Positions 1-11,589 of a stretch of DNA of 64,000 bases are shown here, in pieces; positions within the stretch are counted from its first letter, which is position 1, and each line of letters opens with the position of its first letter. Location of the stretch: assembly GCF_001194135.2 (NCBI RefSeq), contig NC_068997.1, positions 39,612,287-39,676,286 of the forward strand, given 5' to 3'. The notes under the pieces are model-generated. The model had not been told where the DNA came from, did not search any database, and saw nothing but the letters and a program-made list of their open reading frames with translations. The stretch comes from Octopus bimaculoides. Its lineage: Eukaryota. Position numbers and translations under genes: made by a program.

Positions 1-820
1 AAAAAGGAGCACATGTGGAAAAGGAGACTACAAAATACAATGAAGACTGTAAGACAAGATCTAAGTAGAATGGAATCCTGGAAACTGAACAATATAGGAA
101 ACACAAGATGCAAATCTTCCCTTGAGAAAATATATTTAGTCAAAGAAAGGATTTGGTACAGTAATAGAAGAATTGAAACAACATATAACAATAACAGGGA
201 AGCTCTCCAGACATCAGAAAAGAATGGATTAGTATCAACAGAATAGATTATTTGAGACAGACCAGAGGAGATTTTATAACCAAATGAATCGTGGAGAACG
301 AAGTACTGAAGATGAGAAATGATCACATTCATCCCACACTCATGCAGAGGAAGCTAGAAAGATCTGGAGTAATATTTGGGATATATCAGTCAATCATAAT
401 GAAGATGCAGTATGGTTAAAGAAAATGAGGGAAGAAGTAGTGAATGAGAAGCAGCCAGGTCTAAGATTAACTAGTGGATTAATGAGTAAAGTGTTAGAAA
501 AATGCCGAATTTGGAAGGGCCCAGGACCAGGTTTAGTTCAAGGGTAATGGTTAAAAAAATTTAGTAGTTTGCATGGGAGGCTGAGGGAACAACTTCAAGA
601 TTGCTTTAATGGAGGAATAATACCAGATTGGATGACTAGAGGGAGGGCAATACTCATTATGAAGGATAAGAGCAAGGGTAAATACAGTTAGGAACTATAG
701 ACTAATCACTTGCTTACCTAAGTGTGGAAGCTGTTAACAGGAATGCTTTCAGAAAGCATTTACGAGCACCTTAACAATCAGAATTTACTGCCAGAAGAAC
801 AGAAAGGTTGCAGGGAGAAG
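1..820 (+). mobile_element. R4/Dong-clade non-LTR retrotransposon fragment, N-terminal part of RT (frameshifted pseudogene)
   Basis: Manual translation across stops and frameshifts gives FWDISVNHNEDAVWLKKM, NWKGPGPGLVQG*WLKKF, PDWMTRGRAILIMKDKSKG, NYRLITCLP, WKLLTGMLSESIYEHLNNQNLLPEEQKGCREK. These match R4-clade RT domains 0-2. Confidence 0.85.
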
Positions 821-1146
821 AGGCTGATTGCTACCTAGCTCAGATACCAGGAAACCCCAAAATGGCAGAAATTTAAAAGATAGTACTCATGGGAACTGCC
901 CATATCCTACGTAAAATACTGTCTATGCGATCTCAAATTTTCAAACAGACTCATAATTTTCTTGTTTTCTTAAACATTCTCTTGGCCAAAACCAAATATA
1001 TGACACCCTAGGCATAACACCATCATGAACTTCTAACTTGTTGTCTCTTGTGGTTTCTGGGTGAGACTTGGAACCAACTTGTACAAATACAAAGCAAAAG
1101 TTAAATATATAATAATAATAGTAATAATAATAATAATAATAATAAT
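818..1146 (+). mobile_element. R4/Dong LINE 3' end (C-terminus, 3' UTR, (TAA)n tail) of a second family
   Basis: ADCYLAQIPGNPKMAEI*KIVLMGTAHILRKILSM is the typical post-endonuclease C-terminus. It is followed by a UTR and (TAA)n at about 1108-1146. Confidence 0.8.
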
Positions 1147-1390
1147 TTCATTTATGTGCCACAAGAGCGAACGATGAGGGGGACAATACAAAGACTAATA
1201 CAACCGAAGACTCAAAGAAAACTCCATAACAAAACGTCTTGATGCAATTACAATGTCCCCCCGCACGCCAAAAGAATGCAGCAGACACCACTTCACCGAC
1301 ACAAAGGTGAAACAAATGATGCAATAGGAAGTTGGCTGAAACTTTCAGATGTCGTGAAATAATAGTGGCAATGAAGATGGCTGACGAACG
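1147..1390 (-). repeat. Interspersed repeat 3' end sharing its tail with SINE family A
   Basis: gccacaagagcgaacgatgagggggacaatacaaagac resembles the 27860-27903 SINE tail, and its reverse complement resembles 45345-45370. Confidence 0.4.
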
Positions 1391-1499
1391 TTAGCTTAGC
1401 TCAGGTTATAAGACAGGAATTTCTAACATAATGAAATGATAAAACAGACAATATTAAAAAAATAAAAAAAGGAATGAAAGAAAGAAATTAAGTTTACAA

Positions 1500-1562
1500 T
1501 AACAACAACAACAGCAACAACAACAACAACAATAATAATAATAATAACAATAATAATAATAA
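1500..1562 (+). repeat. (CAA)n(TAA)n microsatellite
   Basis: Direct reading. Confidence 0.95.
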
Positions 1563-1777
1563 TCCTTTCTACTCTATGCCCAATGTAGGAAATTTTGTGT
1601 GGAGGAGGATAGTCGGTTACATCGACTCCTGTGCGTAAATTGGTATTTATTTCATCGACCGCGAAAAGATGAAAAGCAGTCGACCTCTGCAGAATTTGAA
1701 CTCAGAACGTAAGGATGGACGTAATGCCCCTAAGCATTTTTCCCGGCGTGCTAATGATTTTGCCTACTTGTCACCTT
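1563..1777 (-). mobile_element. tRNA-derived SINE, family A
   Basis: The reverse complement has an A-box-like ggcaaaatcattagc, B-box gagttcaaattc, and a ggtcgat-aataaatacc-gtcgatgtaaccgact body. It matches the other family A copies in the window. Confidence 0.85.
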
Positions 1778-1781
1778 AATG

Positions 1782-1850
<69 letters not shown>
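1778..1850 (+). repeat. (TAA)n microsatellite
   Basis: Direct reading. Confidence 0.95.
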
Positions 1851-2065
1851 GTCTTTGTTTTTGAATTTTGAAGCTAAATAGTATAAATAAAATTTAATCG
1901 TTACACACAAACAGAAAACTTTGTAGTGATTAAGAGTTCAACCCAATAACTGAGGCATAATGAATAATTTGCATTGGACATTCTTTTTCACTGTTAATAT
2001 ATTTTGTCAAGCAATCATTTACTTTAGATATGATAGAGTGATGTGCTCGCCCCTGTTGGTGTGGC

Positions 2066-2385
2066 AGAAGCCCCTAATGACACTGTTTTCTGGAGTTGTA
2101 CTAAACTGGGTTTTATGCCTATTTCCTCTATCCATCTGTTCAGATCTTTAGGGACAGGTCCCAACGCACCTATAACTACTGGGATACATTTTACCCACAC
2201 TTTCCATAGTCCCTGTAATTCAATAGCTACGTCCTGGTACTTTGCTATTTTCCCTATATTTCTCATATTAATTTTTCCATCATTTGGGACTGTAAAGTAA
2301 ATCATCGGGCACTTTCTATTCTCTTTACCTACAACTACCAAATCAGGCCTCCTAGCTTCTATTACGTTTTTGCCTTTTTTAAAGT
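2066..2385 (-). mobile_element. R4/Dong LINE restriction-like endonuclease fragment
   Basis: ORF 2024..2449 contains IEARRPDLVVV...YFTVPND...KIAKYQDVAIELQGLW...IPVVIGALG (PD-D/E-K REL fold). It is the same family as 51270-51600. Confidence 0.9.
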
Positions 2386-3414
2386 AAAAAGGGATGAAGT
2401 ATCGATAATATTTGTTTTGGTTCTCCATTTTTAGAGTGATTACAGGCACATAAAATACGTCTTGTCTACTCGCAAATTCTTGTCGAACTATGCTGAAGTG
2501 TCAAATACCCTAACAAGTGCTCCTAAGGAAGGGATAGACTGAAGTTAGCTACTCATCAGTTTGCTTGAAGTTTAGTGTCGAGATAAACCAAACGGAATTT
2601 TTGGCCAACCCAATGCAAAAATCACTGTCAGACAAGTTGATTTTAACGTTAACCCATGGCTTGTCAACAACTTTTTGGCGAAGATCATGCAGAAGATGAG
2701 CAGGAAGTAAATGAACCAGTTGAGTCCATAAGCGAATGCAGGACATGTGGGCTCTGCGGACAACAAGGCTATCTCAGTGCAGTTCCTTACTGAGGAAGCC
2801 GAAAGTCGGTTAAACTAGCTTGTGCAGCTTTTGTGATGGCACCTTTTAGTGGTAGTGGTGGTTGACTTTTCTCCAACAGGAGAAAGAACGAAAAAGAATA
2901 AAAAAGACGGCTGAAGACAACAGCTGAAGAGGCAGCAACAACAACAGCTGATTGTAGTGTAAAAATCCCATAGAGTTCCCTATCCCTGGTTGCATCACTA
3001 AGTATAGCTAAAGAAGTTGCTTCTTAATTGTCTCCATTTTCGAGAGCCGATGGAGAACGAGAAGCCGAAATATCGGTTCATCCAGCTGAGAATGCAACTA
3101 AAATTTTAAGCGATGTTTTGCAATTTGCATTAGTGTACAATGCTGGTTGTCGGCGTAGATGGGCAAAGTGGTATGCCACCCGTCTGAGTACGATGAAGGA
3201 TCCGTGCACGATGAAGGATCCGTACACGATGATGCATGTTTAGACAAATGCATCATTAAAAATGAGCTAGAATTAAATAACTTCTTACAGCAGCAGAACT
3301 GAGCGAGGGGTCTGCGACATAAGAGCCGTAGTTTCTGTTTCAATTGTAGATTTTGTTACTTTAGCAGGAATTAATATAAAGTGAGAATGTTTCAACCAAC
3401 CCCTGTATATTTGT

Positions 3415-3540
3415 ATATGTGTATGTGTGTGTCTTTTTGTGTATTTGTGTGTTTATGTGTGTGTGTGTGTGTTTTTGTGTATTTGTGTGTTTATGTGTGT
3501 GCGTGTGTGTGTGTGTGTTTGTGAGAGCTTGTGCGTGTGT
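3415..3540 (+). repeat. Imperfect (GT)n microsatellite
   Basis: Direct reading. Confidence 0.9.
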
Positions 3541-4051
3541 ATTAATATATGTAATATATACAATATTAAAATTAATATCTTTTAAATATAATGAAAATAT
3601 TTTTCGTATAAATCATTTTAGTTGAGAGTGCGATAGACATGAACAAAAAAAAAATCTTAGTTAGACCGATAATAAAATGAAATATATTAAAAATTAGAAG
3701 CATTGTTATAGGTATTGCAATATAATATACTACATATTGGTAAATAATATATTAAATATTCATTCTAGATACATATTGTATTTTTGACACAAAAGCGTTT
3801 GTAAACGAAGACCTAACTCTGTAAACTAAGACATTATAGTAAAAGAATGTGGTACCTGGCAACGAGGGTTCAGTTTTCCGTTCAACTGAATCTCCTGCTC
3901 CTAAATTGTCGTATAATTGTCCGAGTATTCCACCGGCAAGTGCACCTTTAAATTAAACCGCAGACAGAATCAGCTGTGTACGACAAAGCAGTACCTTTTG
4001 AATTGCAAGTACAAACCACTGCTAGGTTTCTATACAAATACTATACACCTA

Positions 4052-4175
4052 CCCTTACGCACAAGGTATGGGTCAACCCGAGGCTTTAGTAAACTACATC
4101 TACCGAATCTGCCAAACAGTGTGATTGAAACCAAGATCTCGTGGCTGTGCAGCAAATTTATTAGCTATTCCGCCA
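4052..4175 (-). mobile_element. Degenerate 5' part of SINE family B
   Basis: Partial match to 25850-25960 (ggtc..cccgaggct.tagta...). Confidence 0.5.
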
Positions 4176-4294
4176 AACGGAAGAATTTACTACTTATTTA
4201 AAGAAGACTGGAATCTTGTTGAAGAAACCGAAACCTCAAAAACTTTATAATCGTCTATTTCGATTGTAAAACGAATAGCAGTAATATTCCCATC

Positions 4295-4505
4295 TAGTAT
4301 AGATAGGTACAAGGTCTGAAATTTGGAGGAGAGGGCGAGGCGACTACATCAACCTCCATGCTCTAATGCTACTTATTTCAACAACCCTGAAAGGACGTAA
4401 GGCAAAGTCGACCGCAGCGGAATATGAATTCAGAAAGTAAGGACGGACGAAATGACGCTAAGCATTTTTCCCGGAATGCTAACAATTCTGCCAGTTCACC
4501 AACTT
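4295..4505 (-). mobile_element. tRNA-derived SINE, family A
   Basis: ggcaaagtcgacc, gaattcagaa, ctaagcatttttcccgg and ctaacaattctgccag are all shared with other copies. Confidence 0.85.
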
Positions 4506-4619
4506 ATGCTATAGTAATATTGGAAATAATATATTGTCAATATAATGTGAAAGTCTATGTGTAGAATGTATGAATTTATATAGCTGTGCAAGTGCATTTG
4601 TGTATATATTTATGTACAT

Positions 4620-4970
4620 AGGTGCAGGCGTTGCTGTGCAGTAAGAAGCTTGCTTCCGAAATACTTGTTTCCAGGCTCAGTTCCACTACGTGGAACTTAG
4701 GGCACGTGTCTTCTACTATAACCTCGGGCCGAGCAACGCCTTGTGAGTAGATTTGGTAGACGGAAACTGAAAGAAGCCTGTCGTGTATATTGTGTGTTTG
4801 TGTGTGTGTTTGTATTTGTCTGCGTTTCTCCCCACCACCACTTGGCAACCAGCGTTCTTGTGTTTATGTCCTCATAACGTAGCATTTCGGCAAAAGGGTA
4901 CGAGAGAAATAATACCAGGCTTAAAATAAAAGTAAGTACAGGGGTCGATTCATTCGACTAAAAACTCTTC
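4620..4970 (+). mobile_element. tRNA-derived SINE, family B, with internal (GT) tract
   Basis: Head ggtgcaggcgttgctgtgcagtaagaagcttgc, body gacggaaactgaaagaagcc, internal microsatellite, and 3' ggggtcgattcattcgacta. Confidence 0.85.
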
Positions 4971-5099
4971 GGAAGCAAGTTAAATACCAAAGAAATATGC
5001 GTGAGCGTGCGTGCGAACAAACTGATACGCTGTGAAATTGATCCATTCTACAACGCATTTTTCCAAGTTCGATCTATAGCCGCAGCACAATAACAAATA

Positions 5100-5238
5100 C
5101 ACGTGTGTGTGTCATTGTGTCTGTGTTTGCACCCCAACACCGCTTGACAACCGGTGTTGGTGTTTACATCCCCATAGCTACCGATAAAGTAAGTGCCCGG
5201 CTTAAAAGAAATATGTATTGGGGTCGATTTCTTCAAAT
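5100..5238 (+). mobile_element. SINE family B 3' half
   Basis: cccaacaccgcttgacaaccggtgttggtgtttac...ggggtcgattt. Confidence 0.75.
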
Positions 5239-8016
5239 AAATTGTTCCACGACAGTTTAGACTTCAATCAGTGCTTTTGTTTAAAACAAGGATAACGGAA
5301 TTCTTGTTTGAGTCAAAGCTCATCGTATGAGTTGTAGCTTTGTGTGGAAGGCTGTCTTATGACACTGAGTATTAGACTAATTTTACTTGTGCATTAACTG
5401 TGCAAGTCTCCATAGATTATGCAATAATTTGCTATATAACAGAATGAGTTGGAAGTTGATCGAACAACTGGTCCCTATCCTCTGAATGTGTAAAGATTTT
5501 GCTTTCTTATTTAGTCTAATATAGTTTATATAGATTAAACTTAAGTTCTTTCATACATTAGTTTCAACTATTTCTCAATGTTGAAGTTGGTGTACAATAT
5601 GATTTCGCTTCATGTGGATTCATACAACAGCGTGTACAGTCTCTCTGCAGCATCTAGAGGCACTGTGATTGTTCTGACGTCAATCCTTGTACGACGTCAA
5701 ACGATCAATTAATCATTTAATCTCTAGAAGCATATTGTTTATTATATACGAACTCCTGGTGTTAATCGTAATACAATAAGCGAAATATACCACGTCAATT
5801 TTATTCCTATCCAGATCAGTACCTGCCGAATTAATATACATACACACTGTTATTTCCTTAGGCGCAACAACATATATTTCCGCATACGTGCAAAACACAC
5901 TCACCCACCCACACACATCTACAAACTCAGACCCTCCAAGCACATATATATACCTAAAGAGTGAGAGAACGCGCATACAGACATACACACACACGCGTGC
6001 ACAAACATACTCACATACTCACACACAGACACATATGTATATTACTTATATCTACAACACATTAAAAAGTTAATAGAGTATTCATATCATTTATATACAT
6101 AGCAAATTTTGAACACAAAAATATTTTGATTGCTTTGTAAATTTTTTCCTTTATAAATAAATACTTCTTAACATAGAAGCCATCAATCACCAGCAAAAAA
6201 GCTGTACCATTACAGTTATCTTTATTTAATATTGAACAAATTTACATTGTATACATACATCAAATTTTTTTTTAAAATTATATATATGAACTAAAAACTG
6301 ACTTATTTACTAGTCCATTATCATGGCTTATTGTCACAAGTAAAATTAGTAGAAATACATAAAATGTTACTTATTTAACAGACAATTATTTTCATAAAAT
6401 AGATTGAAGATTAAAATAGGTCTAAGGTTGATATTTATTTTTAAAAATTCAGTAGTTAGAGAAGAACAATTTACTTTGTCCTACACTTTCAAAACAAAAA
6501 AACAAGAAATGGGCAACATTCTGTTTGTGTGTATCTGTGTGCGTGCCTAAAGCTGTGTGTGCATCTATGGAGTTGCTAGTAAATTTCTATGAATGTTTTT
6601 CTGTATATTATTTATCTTACCCCTGGTGAAGAAATCTAAGTTATCCCCTTTTGTTTCATTCAGATGAATCGTTGAGTAATTAGCTGATATATTATCTAAA
6701 TATAACATAAATGAGATTTATGTCAACTCTTATACAATATCTATCTCAGTGATGCTGTTGTCACTAGTTCGGAATGTACGCAGAAATCTTTGTGTCGCAG
6801 ATGAGGTTCAATAACAATGAAATCGAGGGAGAGTTGTCTCTCGTACTAGCTGAATGTGTTAAAATAGCAACCATTGAACTTATATTGGATTTTCTTGTCC
6901 GATAATTATGTCGGTGTTAATTCATCAGACATATTTTAAAATCATTTTAAATTATTAAAGATACGGTTAAAATGTAGTGACATAATGAAATCCAATAATG
7001 CCGAAACGCGCTGCTTAGGACAGGATTCACAGCCCCTCGAATCCTTCATGTTATTAACTGTAATTAATTACAAAGTAAAAATTTACTCCTTTTGATTTTT
7101 TTAAAGAGATTGTGTTTGTTTGTATTATGAGGGATGTAATATTAATGAAAAAAATGTTGAGTATTACATACGAAATATGCTAGGTTTCATTTTCATTATT
7201 AGATGTTTGATGCTATCTCCATTAACCATATTAACACTAAATTATCGACATTCGGTTTTCATGCAGATGGTGTATCTGAGTAATTAAATCCAGTGATTTA
7301 TTCATTTCTGTTTACTGGTTTTTAGAAAGGCCTGATGATCTTTGCGCATGCACGAGTGTGTGTTTTATTGCCACTTATAGACTGAGAATATTATTTCATT
7401 GTTTTATTTAGTATTATTAAAAACCTTCATCATGTTCATAATAAACTCTTTACATGTTTTTATTACAGTGATTTTGTTGGCAGTTTATTTTTTCAAACTA
7501 ACAAATAAAAAAATTCAAATAACTTCTTGAATTACTGAATAATATAATGTCTTTTTTGTGAACTTTTTGTTCAGATCTCAGTAATTTTGCCAGTACATTT
7601 TACATAGAATATTTTCCTAGTTATATTACTCTTAAAGTATGGAATTAATCTTACATCAAACAGTTAATTATTTCTTTTATCATATAATTTATAAACGATT
7701 AAAAAATTTAAAATGATATTTTAGCTAAAAAAAGATGGCGGACACTTCATTATTCTCTTTTTCTAATTCGAAGTTTGTTGGATATTCCTTTATAGAATGT
7801 GTGGAATCTATCATTAAACATCATGACTAGAGCTTGTTTCTATCTGACAATATGCATAAATTAGTCTACGTTATTAAATATGTATTTCTTTTAAAGGTAA
7901 GCCATTTGTTGTCAAAATAATGTAAGTATAAATGTGCTATATGTGGACTGAAATTGTATTCGATCGAGAACCATATATTTAGTAAAAAATATTAAAGAAT
8001 TATATGTATATACGTT

Positions 8017-8019
<3 letters not shown>

Positions 8020-8085
<66 letters not shown>

Positions 8086-8345
8086 CTATATATTTATGTA
8101 TGTATACATACATATATATACATATATACATATACATACATACATACATACATACACACACGCATACACACACATGTATATAAAGAGAGATAGGGAGAGA
8201 GAAATGCATATGTTTGTGCGTATGTGTTCCTGCAAGCATGAATGTGCATAGATATGAATAAATTATATGCATACAAAAATCATAAAGATGTATTTTGTAT
8301 GTACACACACATACACATACACATATATCTATATGTGTGTATGTA

Positions 8346-8390
<45 letters not shown>

Positions 8391-8475
8391 ACAGACATAC
8401 ATACATACATACTTACGCATACGTATACTTACATATACATATGTAAGTATATATATATATATATATATATATATA
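8020..8475 (+). repeat. Compound (CT)n/(TA)n/(CATA)n microsatellite
   Basis: Direct reading. Confidence 0.95.
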
Positions 8476-9323
8476 NNNNNNNNNNNNNNNNNNNNNNNNN
8501 NNNNNNNNNNNNNNNNNNNNNNNNNNNNNNNNNNNNNNNNNNNNNNNNNNNNNNNNNNNNNNNNNNNNNNNNNNNNNNNNNNNNNNNNNNNNNNNNNNNN
8601 NNNNNNNNNNNNNNNNNNNNNNNNNNNNNNNNNNNNNNNNNNNNNNNNNNNNNNNNNNNNNNNNNNNNNNNNNNNNNNNNNNNNNNNNNNNNNNNNNNNN
8701 NNNNNNNNNNNNNNNNNNNNNNNNNNNNNNNNNNNNNNNNNNNNNNNNNNNNNNNNNNNNNNNNNNNNNNNNNNNNNNNNNNNNNNNNNNNNNNNNNNNN
8801 NNNNNNNNNNNNNNNNNNNNNNNNNNNNNNNNNNNNNNNNNNNNNNNNNNNNNNNNNNNNNNNNNNNNNNNNNNNNNNNNNNNNNNNNNNNNNNNNNNNN
8901 NNNNNNNNNNNNNNNNNNNNNNNNNNNNNNNNNNNNNNNNNNNNNNNNNNNNNNNNNNNNNNNNNNNNNNNNNNNNNNNNNNNNNNNNNNNNNNNNNNNN
9001 NNNNNNNNNNNNNNNNNNNNNNNNNNNNNNNNNNNNNNNNNNNNNNNNNNNNNNNNNNNNNNNNNNNNNNNNNNNNNNNNNNNNNNNNNNNNNNNNNNNN
9101 NNNNNNNNNNNNNNNNNNNNNNNNNNNNNNNNNNNNNNNNNNNNNNNNNNNNNNNNNNNNNNNNNNNNNNNNNNNNNNNNNNNNNNNNNNNNNNNNNNNN
9201 NNNNNNNNNNNNNNNNNNNNNNNNNNNNNNNNNNNNNNNNNNNNNNNNNNNNNNNNNNNNNNNNNNNNNNNNNNNNNNNNNNNNNNNNNNNNNNNNNNNN
9301 NNNNNNNNNNNNNNNNNNNNNNN
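8476..9323. other. Assembly gap (N run), first of 12
   Basis: The other N runs are at about 11101-11385, 19455-20057, 22761-23267, 24649-24753, 26190-26841, 32377-33374, 34161-34957, 35645-35654, 51922-51950, 53017-53331 and 54600-55562. Confidence 0.98.
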
Positions 9324-9639
9324 ATATGTAAATGAAATATTCAAACACTGAGATTTGAAGTTAGATGTCACTATTGTTCATATCATCTGTGGATAAATTC
9401 AAAATTTGATGATTTCACCAATAGTAGCATGGGTGGAACGCAGTTATGATAGCTTTAAGGAGCTATGAAATATGAATTTGCACGAAGAGTAATGATGCTT
9501 AATGAGCATCTACCTGCTAGAAATAAGAGCCAAGTCTTAAATAATCCACCGTAGCGCATCAATATAACAGAGAAAAACAGTATGCGAAGAAAACAGAAAG
9601 AATTAAAACATTTAACAGCACAAATAAAAATATTATGCA

Positions 9640-10000
9640 ATTAGGGATATCCACAAACCAGGTTTCGGCTTTTGGTTATTCAACCTTGAGCCTCGTCAGT
9701 GTGGACTACCAGTTTAAATCCATGACTGTTCACGTTAGTCTCTGACTGTGCAACTGGTTTTGTTTTGCGCCAAAATCAGTGCACATGGTGCGTAAAAATA
9801 TATAAATGAAATATTCAAACATGCATATATTTCATCTTGGGATTTGGTTTACAAGATTCTTTGTGTGAGTTCGTGTGTTGAAGCATACTCTGTCATTCTC
9901 TTTTAGTGCCTTATAATTTAACACACTCACCAGTAAAATTTCCACTTATTTCTTTTTTAATTTTTTTTTTTAATTTTCGTTGCGTCTTTTAATAATTTTC
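9640..10000 (-). mobile_element. Putative Penelope-like element terminal (pLTR) remnant
   Basis: Inferred from the embedded minimal hammerhead. No RT or GIY-YIG homology could be read. Confidence 0.5.
9650..9705 (-). ncRNA. Minimal type I hammerhead ribozyme
   Basis: The minus strand reads UCCACA CUGACGA GGCU caa GGUU gaau AACC aaa AGCC GAA AC cug GU U UGUGGA. This gives a 6-bp stem I, the complete core, a G10.1-C11.1 stem II, a 2-bp stem III and a GUU cleavage triplet. Confidence 0.8.
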
Positions 10001-10394
10001 GAGAGAGCGATATATGAATGATTAAATGTCACTCAAGTACCCATCACTCAAGGCATATAAATATAATCTATACACGAATATATATGTCCGGCATCCACGT
10101 TTGAGAAAGGTGGCGAGCAGAGCTTTTCTAATTTGTGGCTTTAACTGAAGAGGTTTTGTGAAGGACGAGGTTCAAAGAATTGCAGTAGACACTTTAATTT
10201 TCGTCCAAGCCCTCATTATCTTTTTAAAATAGCGCGTTATCCTTTTTACACATCCACATACGTTTGTGTATGGGGGTGGGAATCGTGTGGGTGAGTGGGA
10301 CTGTGATCGTGTATGATGTGAATATATGAGATTTGTGGACAGCAGATTGTATGTGTCTATGTATGTGTGCTTGTGCGCATAAGACCATGCGTAC

Positions 10395-10570
10395 GTATAT
10401 ATGTATATACGACGGGCTTCTTTCAGTTTCCATCCACCAAATCCACCCATAAGGCTCTAGTCGGCCCGAGGCTATAGCAGAAGACGCTTGCCCAAGGTGC
10501 CACATAGTGGGACTGAACCCTGAACCATGTGGTTAGGAAGTAAGCTTCTTACCACAGAGCTAATCCTGCA
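10395..10570 (-). mobile_element. SINE family B 5' half
   Basis: gacgggcttctttcagtttcc...cggcccgaggctatagcagaagacgcttgcccaaggtgccac...gggactgaaccc. Confidence 0.9.
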
Positions 10571-11385
10571 CCAATGTATACTTTAGTAATTAATAACAGT
10601 AATGTAGTTCCTCGCGTCAGAGTAATGTAGTTCCTCGGTGATCGAATGGAGAGATGGTTGAAGTTCAAGATGGCTATTAAATATTGAGCTGGTATTGACA
10701 TGGGGGTGGGCACAGTGTGTTATTCTCGGATTGTGTTTATATACAAACCTCCACCCGCGCGCACACACACACACACGCACACACACGCATACACATATAC
10801 TCCTACTCGCACAGACGCATCTTCCCTCTCTTATATAATGGTGACAGAACACATCCATCCGGGTGAACTCATTGGTTATTCTTCTAATTATGTTTTATGT
10901 TTTCGAATACATACCTAGCATCTTATAAGTATACACAAGCCATGCGAATCTAGGCACAAGGCTGGGAATTAGAGACGTTGAGGAGAACGTCGACTACATT
11001 GACATCATCATCTGACTGGAGATCAGTGGATACAGTTGTACATATGTGTGGCATTTGTGTGTACACAAACACACATGCACACACACGCACATACAAAAGC
11101 NNNNNNNNNNNNNNNNNNNNNNNNNNNNNNNNNNNNNNNNNNNNNNNNNNNNNNNNNNNNNNNNNNNNNNNNNNNNNNNNNNNNNNNNNNNNNNNNNNNN
11201 NNNNNNNNNNNNNNNNNNNNNNNNNNNNNNNNNNNNNNNNNNNNNNNNNNNNNNNNNNNNNNNNNNNNNNNNNNNNNNNNNNNNNNNNNNNNNNNNNNNN
11301 NNNNNNNNNNNNNNNNNNNNNNNNNNNNNNNNNNNNNNNNNNNNNNNNNNNNNNNNNNNNNNNNNNNNNNNNNNNNNNNNNNNNN

Positions 11386-11416
<31 letters not shown>

Positions 11417-11487
11417 ATCTATATATCTATCTATGCATACAAACATACATGCATACATGCCTACGTGCATGCGTGCATACACACACA

Positions 11488-11518
<31 letters not shown>

Positions 11519-11589
11519 TGGACAATGACCTCAAAAATATGACAAAACGGGAGGCATAGGTTTTTAGAAATGTATTATTTTTAACGATT

